This document shows positions 10,006 to 20,038 of a stretch of 64,000 bases of DNA, in pieces (within the stretch, counting starts at the first letter, position 1; the number at the start of each line of letters is the position of its first letter). The stretch is from contig NZ_CP102577.1 of NCBI RefSeq assembly GCF_042231735.1, positions 2,847,281 to 2,911,280 of the forward strand, written 5' to 3'. The notes beneath the pieces are model-generated. The model did no database searches. It saw only the letters and a program-made list of their open reading frames with translations, and was not told where the DNA came from. This stretch comes from Corallococcus exercitus (GTDB taxonomy: Bacteria; Myxococcota; Myxococcia; Myxococcales; Myxococcaceae). The position numbers and the translations under genes were made by a program.

Positions 10006-10635
10006 ATGCGGACAGCGAAATTCTGGGTGGGGACGGTGCTGGCGGGCGCGCTGGCGCTTGGCTACGGGTGCGGGAGCAACGCGGAGAATCCCGCGCCACA
10101 GGAGGCACCGCAGCAGGGCCCGGACGCGGGGACCGACGCGGGCGTGGTGTTGACGCTCACCGACGCGCAGATCGCGCGGATCCTGCAGGTGGCCAACGAG
10201 GGCGAGGTGATGCTCGGCCAGTACGCCGCGCCGCTTGCCACCGACCCGGACATCCGGGCCTTCAACGAGGAGATGGTCACCGAGCACACCGCCGTCAAAG
10301 AACGGCTGGACGCGCTGCTCGCCACCGAGGGCATCGTCCCCGAGGACACCGCGCTGAGCCTCCAGCTGCAGATGGAAGTCCAGCAGATGATGCAGGTCCT
10401 CCAGGGGCCGAACGCGCCCACGGGCGCCGCGCTCGACCTGGCGCTCATCAGCGCCCAGCTCAACGCGCACGCGCGCACCGCCTTCATCGGCGACAGCCTG
10501 CTCACACCGCAGGTCGCCAACCCGGCCCTGGCGCAGGAGCTGGAGAGCGAACGGCAGGCGGTGCAGATGCACATTGACGAGGCGACGGACCTCCAGTCCG
10601 AGCTGGTGCTGCCGCCCGCCGTGCCCGTGCCGTAG
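10006..10635 (+). CDS. DUF4142-like secreted lipoprotein (copy 1 of a tandem pair)
   Basis: Signal peptide with lipobox LALGYGC. The conserved core is LTDAQIARILQVANEGEVMLGQYAAPLATDPDIRAFNEEMVTEHTAVKERLDALL. The DUF4142 assignment is recalled from memory, not searched. Confidence 0.55.
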   Translation: MRTAKFWVGTVLAGALALGYGCGSNAENPAPQEAPQQGPDAGTDAGVVLTLTDAQIARILQVANEGEVMLGQYAAPLATDPDIRAFNEEMVTEHTAVKERLDALLATEGIVPEDTALSLQLQMEVQQMMQVLQGPNAPTGAALDLALISAQLNAHARTAFIGDSLLTPQVANPALAQELESERQAVQMHIDEATDLQSELVLPPAVPVP

Positions 10636-10820
10636 TCCGTTTCATCCTGCCGCCGGAACTCACGGGCGCGCCGGCTTCGAGAGCGGCTCGCCGGGCTCCG
10701 GCGGCAGGGCGGTGGGAGGGGATGTGGGCTGAGCCACACTGCCATTGGCTGATCCGCAAGTGGTCACCGGACAAGGCGCTCCCCATCCTGGCCAGGCGAC
10801 ATTCACTGCGAGGGGGGAAC

Positions 10821-11489
10821 ATGCGGACAGCGAAGTTCTGGGTGGGGGCGGTGGTGGCTGGCGCCGTGGCGCTGGGGTTCGGGTGCAGTGACGACGACGA
10901 GCCCAACTTTGGCAGTGTCCCGGGCATGCCGGACCTGGAGGACAACCCGGACGCGGGCACCGATGCCGGAACGACCGATGCCGGAACGACCATTGAAGTG
11001 GGGACGATCCTGTCGCTCACCGACGCGCAGATCGCCCGTGTCCTGCAGGTGGCCAACGAGGGCGAGGTGATGCTCGGCCAGTACGCCGCGCCGCTTGCCA
11101 CCGACCCGGACATCCGGGCCTTCAACGAGCAAATGGTCGCGGAGCACACCGCCGTCAAAGAACGGCTGGACGCGCTGCTCGCCACCGAGGGCATCGTCCC
11201 CGAGGACAACCCCGTGAGCCTCCAGCTGCAGAAGGAGGTCCAGCAGTTGATGGACGTCCTCCAGGGGCCGAACGCGCCCACGGGCGCCGCGCTCGACCTG
11301 GCGCTGATCAGCGCGCAGCTCAACGCGCACGCGCGCACCGCCTTCATCGGCGACAGCGTCCTGACGGCCCAGACGGACAACCCGCAACTGGCGCAGGAGC
11401 TCCTGACCGAGCGGACGGAGGTGCAGGAACACATCGAGGAGGCGCGCGACCTCCAGTCGCGCCTGGTGACGCCTCCCACCACGCCGTAG
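10821..11489 (+). CDS. DUF4142-like secreted lipoprotein (copy 2 of a tandem pair)
   Basis: The start is placed at the internal MRTAKFWVGAVVAG (lipobox LGFGCS), not the track start at 10722. It is near-identical to copy 1 over the core of about 130 residues. Confidence 0.55.
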   Translation: MRTAKFWVGAVVAGAVALGFGCSDDDEPNFGSVPGMPDLEDNPDAGTDAGTTDAGTTIEVGTILSLTDAQIARVLQVANEGEVMLGQYAAPLATDPDIRAFNEQMVAEHTAVKERLDALLATEGIVPEDNPVSLQLQKEVQQLMDVLQGPNAPTGAALDLALISAQLNAHARTAFIGDSVLTAQTDNPQLAQELLTERTEVQEHIEEARDLQSRLVTPPTTP

Positions 11490-11645
11490 CCCGGAACACC
11501 TGGGGCGTTGCACCGTTGGATAAAATATCGGCTCGGGCTCTCAGAACGTGAGAGCCCGGGCCCGCGCACACGACCCGTGGGGGAGGATTCGACCCGGGTG
11601 CTTTCCAATCGTGTCGGCCCGGTTTAGTAGGAAATCGGACCGCCG

Positions 11646-13319
11646 ATGCAAAAGCCTACCGAACCGACCTCCGCGCAGTCCGAGCCGTTGACGACGGGAC
11701 GGATTCTGCGCGCCACGTATGAGATTGGCACCGTGCTGGGCAAGGGCGGCATGGGGGCGGTGTTCCTCGCCCGCCATCTGCGCCTGCCGGGCAAGCAGGT
11801 CGCCGTCAAGGTGCTGCACGGCGCGGAGGCGCTGTCGGAAGAGGTGGCGGTGCGCTTCCGGCGCGAGGCGGAGATCGCCTCCCGGCTGGGGCACCCGAAC
11901 ATCGTGGAGGTGCTGGACTTCGACACCCTGGAGGACGGCACGCCCTTCATGGTGATGGAGTACCTGCGCGGCGAAGGCCTGTCGCGCCGGCTGCGCAAGC
12001 AGAAGCAGCTGCCCCTGGAGGAGGTCTTCTCCATCGCGCGGCAGATGGGCGCGGCGTTGCAGGCGGCGCACCGCGCGGGCGTGGTGCACCGCGACCTGAA
12101 GCCGGGCAACGTGTTCCTCGTGCCCACGGAGGCCGGCGGCGTCGTGGGCGAGCGCGTGAAGCTGCTCGACTTCGGTATCTCCAAGCTCGTGGACTCGCGC
12201 ACCGTGCAGACGCTGGACTCGGTGCTGATGGGGACGCCGCAGTACATGGCCCCCGAGCAGGCCATGGGCCAGAACAGCAACGTGGACGCGCGCACGGACC
12301 TGTTCGCGTTCGGCTGCATCGTCTACGAGATGCTCGCGGGCCGGCCGCCCTACTCCGGCGACAACGTCGCGGAGCTCATCTACCAAATCGTCCACCTGGA
12401 GCCGCCGCCGCTGCTGACGCTGGCGCCGGGCACGCCGCCGCACGTGGTGGCGGCCATCTCCCGCGCGATGGCGAAGAAGCCGGAGGACCGCTACCCGGAC
12501 GTGGGCTCCTTCATCCTGGAGCTGACGGGCAGCCCGCTCCAGACGCTCTCCGAAATGAAGCCGGAGCAGCGCTCGCGCCCCACCACGCCCACGGCCCCGC
12601 CCCCGGTGTCGCGTCCGCCGGATCAGGAGGAGCACATCCCCACGGTGGGCATGCGCCCCCACGCCGGCCGCGACGCGTCCCCCTCCGGCCCCCAGACCGC
12701 GTCCCTGCCCGCGCAGCCCCTGGCAAGCCCCCGCCCGAAGTGGCCGGTGGCCGTGGCCGTGGGCCTGACGGTCATCATCGCGTTCGCCGTCGCCTTCTTC
12801 TGGAAGGGCGCGGGCACGACCCCGCCCACCGTCGTCGCGGCGAATCCGCCCGCGCCCACCGCCCCCGTCGCGGCGCCGCCCGTTGCCCCGCCCGTCGCGG
12901 CCGTGACGCAGCCCGTGGAGCAGAAGCAGCCCGTGGATGCTCCGGTGGATCCGGAGGCCCAGCCGCCGCGGCAGGTGGCTCCCGAGGAGAAGCGGCCGTC
13001 CGTGGAGCCGGCGGACACGCCCGCGGTGACGCCCAGGCCCAAGGCGCGCGGCGGCGCGACCGAGTCGATGCCGGACAGCGTGCGCGAGGACCTGGCGTCC
13101 GCGCAGAAGGCGCTGGACGCGTCGAACACGTCGGAAGCGCTGCGTCACATCCGGCGCAGCCAGCGCACGAAGATCACCGGCCTGTCGTTCTCGCTGCTCA
13201 CCCGCGTGTACTGCCAGCAGCACGACCTGGCGAACGCGCGAGCACAATGGACCCGGGTCCCGGCAACGGAACGTCCCAGGGTCCGACAATACTGTTCGCA
13301 GTACGATATCGACCTCTAG
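11646..13319 (+). CDS. Eukaryotic-like Ser/Thr protein kinase (Pkn family) with a Pro/Ala-rich linker, a TM segment and a C-terminal extracytoplasmic domain
   Basis: All catalytic motifs are intact: Gly loop GKGGMGAV, VAVKVL, HRDLKPGNVFL, DFGISK, YMAPEQ. A TM segment WPVAVAVGLTVIIAFAVAFFW follows the linker. Confidence 0.85.
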   Translation: MQKPTEPTSAQSEPLTTGRILRATYEIGTVLGKGGMGAVFLARHLRLPGKQVAVKVLHGAEALSEEVAVRFRREAEIASRLGHPNIVEVLDFDTLEDGTPFMVMEYLRGEGLSRRLRKQKQLPLEEVFSIARQMGAALQAAHRAGVVHRDLKPGNVFLVPTEAGGVVGERVKLLDFGISKLVDSRTVQTLDSVLMGTPQYMAPEQAMGQNSNVDARTDLFAFGCIVYEMLAGRPPYSGDNVAELIYQIVHLEPPPLLTLAPGTPPHVVAAISRAMAKKPEDRYPDVGSFILELTGSPLQTLSEMKPEQRSRPTTPTAPPPVSRPPDQEEHIPTVGMRPHAGRDASPSGPQTASLPAQPLASPRPKWPVAVAVGLTVIIAFAVAFFWKGAGTTPPTVVAANPPAPTAPVAAPPVAPPVAAVTQPVEQKQPVDAPVDPEAQPPRQVAPEEKRPSVEPADTPAVTPRPKARGGATESMPDSVREDLASAQKALDASNTSEALRHIRRSQRTKITGLSFSLLTRVYCQQHDLANARAQWTRVPATERPRVRQYCSQYDIDL

Positions 13320-13379
13320 GGTCGTCCGGGCGCGCGGAAGCTCCAGAGCGGGGGCGCGCCCGCAATTCAAGGAGTCGTC

Positions 13380-14210
13380 GTGAGAGTCCTATTGGCAGTG
13401 GGGGTCGTGGCGCTGTCCCTGGGCTGTTCCCGGGGCGTGCGGCCCGACAGCGCCGTGGCGGGCACGAAGCCCGTCACCGGCAAGGTGTATTCCAACGAGG
13501 CCGGCGAGCGGATCACCCTCATCGGGTTGGAGCCCGGTGACGCGCACAAGGCGCTGGTGGCGTTCGACGGCACGAAGAGCGAGCTGGACGGACAGGTGCT
13601 GGTCGCATCGGTGAACGCGGACCGGCGCAGCACGGAGTACTGGACGCAGTGGCGCGGCCACAAGCAGCGCTTCGTCGCCGTGCATGACCGGGGCGGCTAC
13701 GAGGACCTGGTCTTCAGCGACGTGAACCACACGGGCTACACGCACCTGAAGCCGGACACGGCGAAGACGGGTGAGCTCAAGGTGGAGAAGGTCTTCGAGC
13801 GCTACCAGGACCTGGAAGGCGACAAGAAGTACCAGGCGATGCTCGCGTTCGACCGCAAGTTCTGGACGAACCAGGCGGAGCAGCAGCTGAAGGAAGCGGC
13901 CGCGGAGACGAACAAGGCGTGCGGCTCGAAGCTGACGGCCACCGTGGCCTGGGACGCCGTCACGGACAAGCAGCTCAACGAGATCTCCTTCGGCAGCTAC
14001 TGCAAGGGCCCGCTGGAGTCGCTCCAGAAGCTGTGCGAGCGCTCCGACGAGGCCAAGCGCGCCGTCCAGCAGAAGATCCAGACGGTGGAGTGCCGCATGG
14101 ACGCGCAGGCGGCGCTGAAGCTGGAAGCGCGCAAGGTCATCTGGTCCGTGACGGAAGGCGACCAGGTCCAGCCGGACAAGGCCACCTCCTTCTTCACCGA
14201 CACCCTCTAG
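13380..14210 (+). CDS. Hypothetical lipoprotein
   Basis: Signal peptide MRVLLAVGVVALSLGCS with a lipobox. The product is charged and Lys-rich, and I recognise no family. Confidence 0.5.
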   Translation: MRVLLAVGVVALSLGCSRGVRPDSAVAGTKPVTGKVYSNEAGERITLIGLEPGDAHKALVAFDGTKSELDGQVLVASVNADRRSTEYWTQWRGHKQRFVAVHDRGGYEDLVFSDVNHTGYTHLKPDTAKTGELKVEKVFERYQDLEGDKKYQAMLAFDRKFWTNQAEQQLKEAAAETNKACGSKLTATVAWDAVTDKQLNEISFGSYCKGPLESLQKLCERSDEAKRAVQQKIQTVECRMDAQAALKLEARKVIWSVTEGDQVQPDKATSFFTDTL

Positions 14211-14227
14211 AACGAAAGCCCACTGAC

Positions 14228-15043
14228 ATGACGCTTCGACACATGGTCATCGCCCTGGGGCTCGTCCTGGCCCCGCAAGCCGCGCTCGCGCTGGATCCGC
14301 CCTGGGGGCAGGAGCAGAAGCTGCGTGAGCGCATGGTGCTGGAGTCCGCCAGGGTCTGCGCGGACGGCAAGGGCCACTACACGGTCCTCATCCCCCACAC
14401 GCCGGAGCACGAGGGCGAGCTGTACTACGGGGACGGCAAGACGTTCACGCAGGTGCCGCCCGTGGGCTACACCGACAGCAAGGAGGGCATGTTCTTCGAG
14501 CCGCGCTTCTTCAACCCCAAGGCCAACGACAGCTTCCGCGGCGTGGACTACCGGGTCGTCTCCTATCTGCGGCTCAGCGAGGACGCCAAGACGTGCACGC
14601 TCAGCTGCGGGGAGAAGAGCCTGCCCCAGCAGCCGGTGCCCGCGGACCAGGCCAAGGAGCTTCTGCGCAAGGCCAGCTACCAGCCCAGCCCGGTGAAGTT
14701 CCAGCCGTACGCGCTGCTGCGCGACGACAAGGGCACGTACTACCTGGTGGAGCGCGGCATCGGCGCGGACAACAAGAGCTTCCGCATCTTCACGGGCCAG
14801 CGCGGCCAGGTGAAGCAGCAGAAGATGCTCAACGTCGTCACCGACTCGCAGGGGGAGATCTTCTCCACGCAGGGCGGCGACCTGCGCCTCGTGGTGGACC
14901 GCGAGGAGCCGTCGTTCTGGGTGGTGAAGAGCAAGCGCCAGAAGCTGCGCGCGGTGCCGGTGGGTGAGAACCTGCCGTTCATCTACAACGAGCTGGGCGT
15001 CTACACGGGCGCGCGGCTGGGCACGCCCTGCGACGACGTGTAG
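14228..15043 (+). CDS. Hypothetical secreted protein
   Basis: The internal start MTLRHMVIALGLVLAPQAALA carries a signal peptide. The track ORF from 13919 is an upstream read-through overlapping the previous gene. Confidence 0.5.
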   Translation: MTLRHMVIALGLVLAPQAALALDPPWGQEQKLRERMVLESARVCADGKGHYTVLIPHTPEHEGELYYGDGKTFTQVPPVGYTDSKEGMFFEPRFFNPKANDSFRGVDYRVVSYLRLSEDAKTCTLSCGEKSLPQQPVPADQAKELLRKASYQPSPVKFQPYALLRDDKGTYYLVERGIGADNKSFRIFTGQRGQVKQQKMLNVVTDSQGEIFSTQGGDLRLVVDREEPSFWVVKSKRQKLRAVPVGENLPFIYNELGVYTGARLGTPCDDV

Positions 15044-15074
15044 TGCCGTGAGGCCGTAGAGGCCCCGGGCACGG

Positions 15075-17900
15075 TCAGCCGTTGAGCACCTTCACGGCCT
15101 TCACCATGTCCGGGGCCAGCTCCTCGTGTTCCACGAGGGTGAACCCCAGCTTCTTGCTGACGGCCTGCATGCCGCGGTTGCGCGTGAGGATGTCCGCGAC
15201 GATGCGGCGCAGGCCCCAGTCCCGGCCCACGTCCACCAGCCGCCGCAAGAGCTCCGTGCCCAGGCCCAGCCGCTGCGCGGGGTCGCTGACGGTGATGGCG
15301 AACTCCGCGTCCTTCGTGCCGCGCAGGCGCGTGAGCCGGCCCACCGCGAGGATTTCCCCCCCGCCCTTCCCGTCCGCTGACGGCCGCTCCGCGACGAGCG
15401 CCATCTCCCGCGCGTAGTCGTTGAAGCAGATGCGCGCCAGGCGCTCGTGGGCCACGCGCTGGCTGAGCTTCATCAGGCCCGCGTAGCGCATGAACACCGT
15501 CTGTTCCGACAGGGCCTGGTGGAACCGGCCCATGGCGGGCTCGTCCTCCGGGCGGATGGGGCGCACGAGCAGCTGCTCGCCGTTCTTCAGCGTGAGGACC
15601 TGCGCGTACTGGTGCGGGTACGGCTCGATGGCGAGCTTCGGCAGGGCCGCGGCGGGGACGTCCGGCGGGTGCAGCACCACGCGCGCGTCCAGCGCGATGA
15701 TGCGCTCGGCGGAGACGAGCAGCGGGTTGATGTCCAGCTCGCGGATGAAGGGCTGCTCCACCACCAGCTGGCTGAAGCGCACCATCAGCCGCTCCAGCGC
15801 GCCCAGGTCCACGGGCGCCCGGCCGCGCACGCCCTTGAGCGCGTGGTGGATGCGCGTGCGCTCCATCATCCGGCGCGCCAGCGTGGTGTTGAGGGGCGGC
15901 AGGCCCAGGGCCCGGTCCTGCATCACCTCCACCAGCGTGCCGCCCGCGCCGAAGAGCAGCACCGGGCCGAACTGCGCGTCCAGGCTGCTGCCGACAATCA
16001 GCTCGTAGCCGTCCAGCTTCACCATGGGCTGCACGGTGACGCCGTCGAACCCGTCCTGGAGCCCCCGCTCCGCCAGCGCGTCGCGGATGGCGCGGAAGGA
16101 CTCCCGCACGCGCGACTCGTCGCGCAGGTCCAGGCGCACGCCGCCCACGTCCGTCTTGTGCGTCACCGTGAGCGAGTGCAGCTTGAGCACCACGGGGAAG
16201 CCCAGCGCGCGGGCCTTCTCCACCGCCTGGTCCTCGGAGGTGGCGAGCCACGTCTCCACGGTGGGGATGCCGTAGGCGGCCAGGAGGCGCTTGGACTCGT
16301 ACTCGGACAACAGGGTGCGGCCGGCGGCGCGGGCCTCGTCCACCAGGGCGCGCGCCACGTCACGGCCACTGCCGGTGGGCTCCTCCGCCAGCGTGGGCGT
16401 CTCATAGAGGCCGGCGATGTTGTCCGAGTAGCGCCACATGTAGTTGAAGACGCGGGCCGCGGTGTCCGGGTAGCCGAAGGTCGGGATGCCCGCGTCGTTG
16501 AGGATGCGCTCGCCGGCGGCGACCTCGGAGCCGCCCATCCAGCTGGCGAGCACGGGCTTGCCGGGCAGCTTCGCGTAGCCCTTGAGGCGGTCGGCTGTCT
16601 TGGTGGGCTCCGTCATGTCCTGCGGCGTGAGGATGACGAGCAGGCCGTCGCTGTTGGGGTCCGCGCCGGTGGTCTCCAGCGCCTTCGCGTAGCGCTCCGC
16701 GTCCGCGTCTCCCAGGATGTCCACCGGGTTGGCGTGGCTCCACGGCGGCGGCAGGAAGCCGTCCAGCTGCTTCCGGGTGTCGTCGGACAGCACGGCCAGC
16801 TCGCCGCCGCCGGACACGAGCGCGTCCGTGGCGAGCACGGCGGGGCCGCCCGCGTTGGTGAGCAGCGTGAGCCTGCGGCCGGAGGGCCGGGGCTGGCGGG
16901 CCAGCACCTCCGCCATGTGGAAGAGGTCCTCGATGGAGTCCACGCGCAGCACGCCCGCGCGGCGGAAGGCGGCGGAGAGCACCTCGTCGCTGCCGGCGAG
17001 CGTGCCGGTGTGCGACGCGGCGGCCTGCGCGGCCTGCGCGGTGCGGCCGGCCTTGATGACGATGATGGGCTTGGTGAGCGCCACCTCGCGCGCGGCGGAC
17101 AGGAAGGCGCGCGCGTCGCCGATGGACTCCATGTACAGCAGGATGGAGCGCGTCATCGGATCATCCGCGAGGAAGTCGATGAGGTCCCCCCAGCCCACGT
17201 CCAGCATGGAGCCCACGGACACGAAGGCGCTGAAGCCCACGGCCTCGCGCAGGCTCCAGTCCAGGATGGAGGTGAGCAGCGCGCCGGACTGGCTGATGAA
17301 GGCCACGTTGCCGGGGCGGGCCATGCCCTTGGCGAAGGTGGCGTTGAAGCCGCCCGTGGGGCGCATCACGCCCAGGCAGTTGGGCCCGATGATGCGCAGG
17401 TTCGCGGCCTGCGCGATGCGCAGCACCTCCTGCTCCAGCTTCACGCCCTCCGGGCCCGTCTCCTTGAAGCCCGCGGAGATGATGATGGCGCCCTTGACGC
17501 CAACCTCCGCGCACTCGCGGATGATGGCCGGCACGGACTTCGCCGGGGTGACGATGACGGCCAGGTCCACGGCCTCCGGCAGCGCGCGCAGGGAAGGCCA
17601 CGCCTTGATGCCGAGCACGTTGGGGCGCTGCGGGTTGACGGGATAGACGGTGCCGCCGAACGGACTGCTGATGAGGTTCCAGAGGACGGTGCGGCCCACG
17701 CTGCCGGCGCGCTCGCTTGCCCCCACCACCGCGACGCTCCGGGGGGAGAAGAGGACCTCCAGCGGCTGGCGCGTGCGCTGGTGGAGCAGGTCGATGGAGG
17801 GGTCCGTCCGGGCCGGGGGCGTGGCGGGGCGTTGCTCGTCCATGGTGCGCTCGTGTTCGGTGGGGTGGCCGTACCGGACCAATTTCCGGTCGGCCCCCAT
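15075..17900 (-). CDS. Pat-like protein lysine acetyltransferase: NDP-forming acyl-CoA synthetase-like domains (CoA-binding, succinyl-CoA-ligase-like, ATP-grasp) fused to a C-terminal GNAT
   Basis: The N-terminal CoA-binding region is [22 protein letters not shown]; the central ATP-grasp part follows. The C-terminal GNAT is [73 protein letters not shown]. The start could be the internal Met at about 17843. Confidence 0.8.
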   Translation of the reverse strand: MGADRKLVRYGHPTEHERTMDEQRPATPPARTDPSIDLLHQRTRQPLEVLFSPRSVAVVGASERAGSVGRTVLWNLISSPFGGTVYPVNPQRPNVLGIKAWPSLRALPEAVDLAVIVTPAKSVPAIIRECAEVGVKGAIIISAGFKETGPEGVKLEQEVLRIAQAANLRIIGPNCLGVMRPTGGFNATFAKGMARPGNVAFISQSGALLTSILDWSLREAVGFSAFVSVGSMLDVGWGDLIDFLADDPMTRSILLYMESIGDARAFLSAAREVALTKPIIVIKAGRTAQAAQAAASHTGTLAGSDEVLSAAFRRAGVLRVDSIEDLFHMAEVLARQPRPSGRRLTLLTNAGGPAVLATDALVSGGGELAVLSDDTRKQLDGFLPPPWSHANPVDILGDADAERYAKALETTGADPNSDGLLVILTPQDMTEPTKTADRLKGYAKLPGKPVLASWMGGSEVAAGERILNDAGIPTFGYPDTAARVFNYMWRYSDNIAGLYETPTLAEEPTGSGRDVARALVDEARAAGRTLLSEYESKRLLAAYGIPTVETWLATSEDQAVEKARALGFPVVLKLHSLTVTHKTDVGGVRLDLRDESRVRESFRAIRDALAERGLQDGFDGVTVQPMVKLDGYELIVGSSLDAQFGPVLLFGAGGTLVEVMQDRALGLPPLNTTLARRMMERTRIHHALKGVRGRAPVDLGALERLMVRFSQLVVEQPFIRELDINPLLVSAERIIALDARVVLHPPDVPAAALPKLAIEPYPHQYAQVLTLKNGEQLLVRPIRPEDEPAMGRFHQALSEQTVFMRYAGLMKLSQRVAHERLARICFNDYAREMALVAERPSADGKGGGEILAVGRLTRLRGTKDAEFAITVSDPAQRLGLGTELLRRLVDVGRDWGLRRIVADILTRNRGMQAVSKKLGFTLVEHEELAPDMVKAVKVLNG

Positions 17901-17991
17901 CGTGCACCAGTCAGGAGGAAGAGGACGGCCTGGCGGACGTTCCCCCGTCCACTTTTCGTACGCGGACGGACAGGCGGACGCCGGTCTTCCC

Positions 17992-18885
17992 TTACGACGC
18001 GCGCGCCCGCTCCACCACCGGCTTGAGCACGGTGCTGGCGAACTCCGCCAGCGTGGTGGGCGTGGTGGTCTCCTTCGAGCGCGGCTCGGCCGGGTCCATG
18101 CGCCCGTCCTGGACGGCGCCGTACATCTCCACGAAGGTGTCCGCCGCCCATGACGGCATGCCCGCGCCCGTCATGCCGTTGCGCAGGTCCTCCAGCCCCA
18201 CCCGCACGTACTTCACGGGCTGGCCCAGCACCTGGGTGAGGATGCTCGCGACCTCCGGAAAGGTGAGGTCCTTGGGCCCGTGCACGCCCACGTAGCGGTG
18301 GCCGGTCCATGATGCGTCCGTCAGGAACTCGAAGGCCTTGGCGGCGATGTCCGCCGTGGCGACCATGGGCATGGCCTTCGTCTCCGGGTTCGCGCTGAAG
18401 AGCGCGCCCGCCTTCGCCAGGCCCTGCACGTCGCGCAGCAGGTTCTCCATGAAGAAGCCCGCGCGCAGGCTGACGACGTGGGGGGCCGCCGCCTGGAAGG
18501 CCTCTTCAATGGGCTTCAGCACGGACACCGGCCCCGTGCCCGGCCCGCTCTGCGCGCCGATGCTGGAGATGATCACCACGCGCTTCACGCCGTGCGCCTT
18601 CACGCGCTCCGCGGCCATCCGGCCCGTGGCCTTCGCCCACTCCTGGAAGTCCGGCCGGACGGCGGGCGGCGACAGCCAGAACAGCGCCTCCGCGCCCGGG
18701 AGCGCCGCGTCCAGCGTGGCCTGCTCGTCGATGGAGCCCCGCACCACCTTCGCGCCCAGCTTCACCAGGTCCGCCACCTTCTCCGGGGTGCGGGAGATGA
18801 CCGTGACCTGGCGGCCCGCCTTCAAGAGCTTCTCCACGAGGGGACGACCGATGTTGCCGTTCGGGGTGTTGATGACGATGGACAT
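17992..18885 (-). CDS. NmrA-family NAD(P)-binding oxidoreductase/regulator
   Basis: It starts [32 protein letters not shown] (Rossmann GxxGxxG) and is about 298 aa. The 627-aa track ORF is this gene fused to an upstream antisense read-through. Confidence 0.8.
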   Translation of the reverse strand: MSIVINTPNGNIGRPLVEKLLKAGRQVTVISRTPEKVADLVKLGAKVVRGSIDEQATLDAALPGAEALFWLSPPAVRPDFQEWAKATGRMAAERVKAHGVKRVVIISSIGAQSGPGTGPVSVLKPIEEAFQAAAPHVVSLRAGFFMENLLRDVQGLAKAGALFSANPETKAMPMVATADIAAKAFEFLTDASWTGHRYVGVHGPKDLTFPEVASILTQVLGQPVKYVRVGLEDLRNGMTGAGMPSWAADTFVEMYGAVQDGRMDPAEPRSKETTTPTTLAEFASTVLKPVVERARAS

Positions 18886-18954
18886 GGGGTGCCTCCAGCG
18901 ACAGCGAGATGGCGCAACAGTGCCCCCGCGCCCTGCATGAGGCCACTGCATGCT

Positions 18955-19968
18955 ATGCATGCGCCCATGCGCCGCGCTCATGAAACCCCAGCGCCCTCCC
19001 CCGCGGAGGTGGACCTCTCCGGCATCAACCTCAACCTGATGGTGGCGCTGGATGCGCTGCTGCACGAGGTGCACGTCACCCGCGCCGCCGCGCGCGTGGG
19101 CCTCACCCAGTCCGCGATGAGCCACGCGCTCGCCCAGCTGCGGGAGCTCCTGGGCGACGCGCTCCTCATCCGCGGCCGGGGCGGCATGGTGCTGACACCT
19201 CGCGCGCAGCAGCTGGCCGCGCCGCTCAAGCGGGGCCTGGCGGAGCTGCGACGGGCCCTGCGCGACGAGCCCTCGTTCGAGCCCGCCACCGCGACCCGCC
19301 GCTTCACCGTGGCCACGCGCGACTTCTTCGGGACGGTGCTGCTGCCGGGCGCGCTGGAGCTCCTGGGCCGCGAGGCTCCCGGCGTGGACCTGTCCGTGCT
19401 GCACGTGGACAGCCACACCTTCCCCAGCCACCTGGAGACGGGCGAGGTGGACCTGGCCATCATCGTCGCGCCCGTGCCGTCCGGGCCGGGCCTGCGCCAG
19501 CAGAAGCTCTTCACCGAGGACTTCGTCTGCGTGGTGCGCAAGGACCACCCCACCGTGCGCCGCACGCTGGACGTGGACACCTACCTGAAGCTGTCCCACA
19601 TCCTCATCAGCCCGAAAGGCGACGGCGTGGGCGCCGTGGACCTGGCCCTGGCCCAGCGCGGCCTGCCCCCGCGCCGCATCGCCGTGCGCGTGCCCTACTT
19701 CCTCATCGCCCCGCTGGCGGTGTCGCGCTCGGATTACGTCCTCACCGCGCCCCGCCGCCTCATCGCCGCGTTCCGCGACGCGTATGCGCTCCAGGTGTTC
19801 CCCCCGCCCATCCCCGTGCGCCCGTTCGACATCCTCCAGGTCTGGCACGAGCGCTTCGACGGCGACCCCGCGCACCAGTGGCTGCGCGGACTGGTGGCGC
19901 GGTCCGTCAACGCGGGGTCTGAAAACACCCGGAGTTCACGAAGGGTGCGGCGCGCGCCAGCTTCCTGA
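18955..19968 (+). CDS. LysR-family transcriptional regulator, divergent from the NmrA gene
   Basis: HTH is LNLMVALDALLHEVHVTRAAARVGLTQSAMSHALAQLRELLGD, with a full-length effector-binding domain. This is the classic LTTR/NmrA divergent arrangement. The start is 18955 (MHAPM) or 18967. Confidence 0.8.
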   Translation: MHAPMRRAHETPAPSPAEVDLSGINLNLMVALDALLHEVHVTRAAARVGLTQSAMSHALAQLRELLGDALLIRGRGGMVLTPRAQQLAAPLKRGLAELRRALRDEPSFEPATATRRFTVATRDFFGTVLLPGALELLGREAPGVDLSVLHVDSHTFPSHLETGEVDLAIIVAPVPSGPGLRQQKLFTEDFVCVVRKDHPTVRRTLDVDTYLKLSHILISPKGDGVGAVDLALAQRGLPPRRIAVRVPYFLIAPLAVSRSDYVLTAPRRLIAAFRDAYALQVFPPPIPVRPFDILQVWHERFDGDPAHQWLRGLVARSVNAGSENTRSSRRVRRAPAS

Positions 19969-20038
19969 CACTCGGGGGGCGCGGCACTGAACGTCAGTAC
20001 ACAGGTGGGGGAGCATCGCATGGGGGGCATCGTGTAGG

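Larger units (their letters stand above)
9965..11490 (+). repeat. Tandem gene duplication (two units of about 0.7-0.8 kb), each including about 40 bp of conserved 5' leader and RBS
   Basis: The upstream segments ctccccatcctg..gcgacattcac.g.g.gggg...acATGcggacagcgaa(a/g)ttctgggtgggg are conserved at 9965-10005 and 10779-10820. The coding sequences are conserved thereafter. Confidence 0.6.

Noticed and set aside
13380-15043. Possibility that the two adjacent secreted proteins (13380-14210 and 14228-15043) are paralogs or a toxin-immunity pair
   Set aside because: No sequence similarity between them is visible by eye, both have host-like GC, and I recognise no toxin or immunity motifs. They were left as hypothetical envelope proteins.
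18940-18965. GCATGC-tat-GCATGC / TGCAT-gcta-TGCAT repeat overlapping the LysR start codon, as a possible T-N11-A LTTR autoregulatory box
   Set aside because: The symmetry is weak: it is mostly two self-palindromic hexamers rather than an extended dyad, and it overlaps the coding start. It is not convincing enough to call a binding site.
17992-19875. 627-aa track ORF on the minus strand
   Set aside because: Only the C-terminal 298 aa, from [13 protein letters not shown], form the NmrA-family gene. The N-terminal part is an upstream read-through antisense to the LysR gene.
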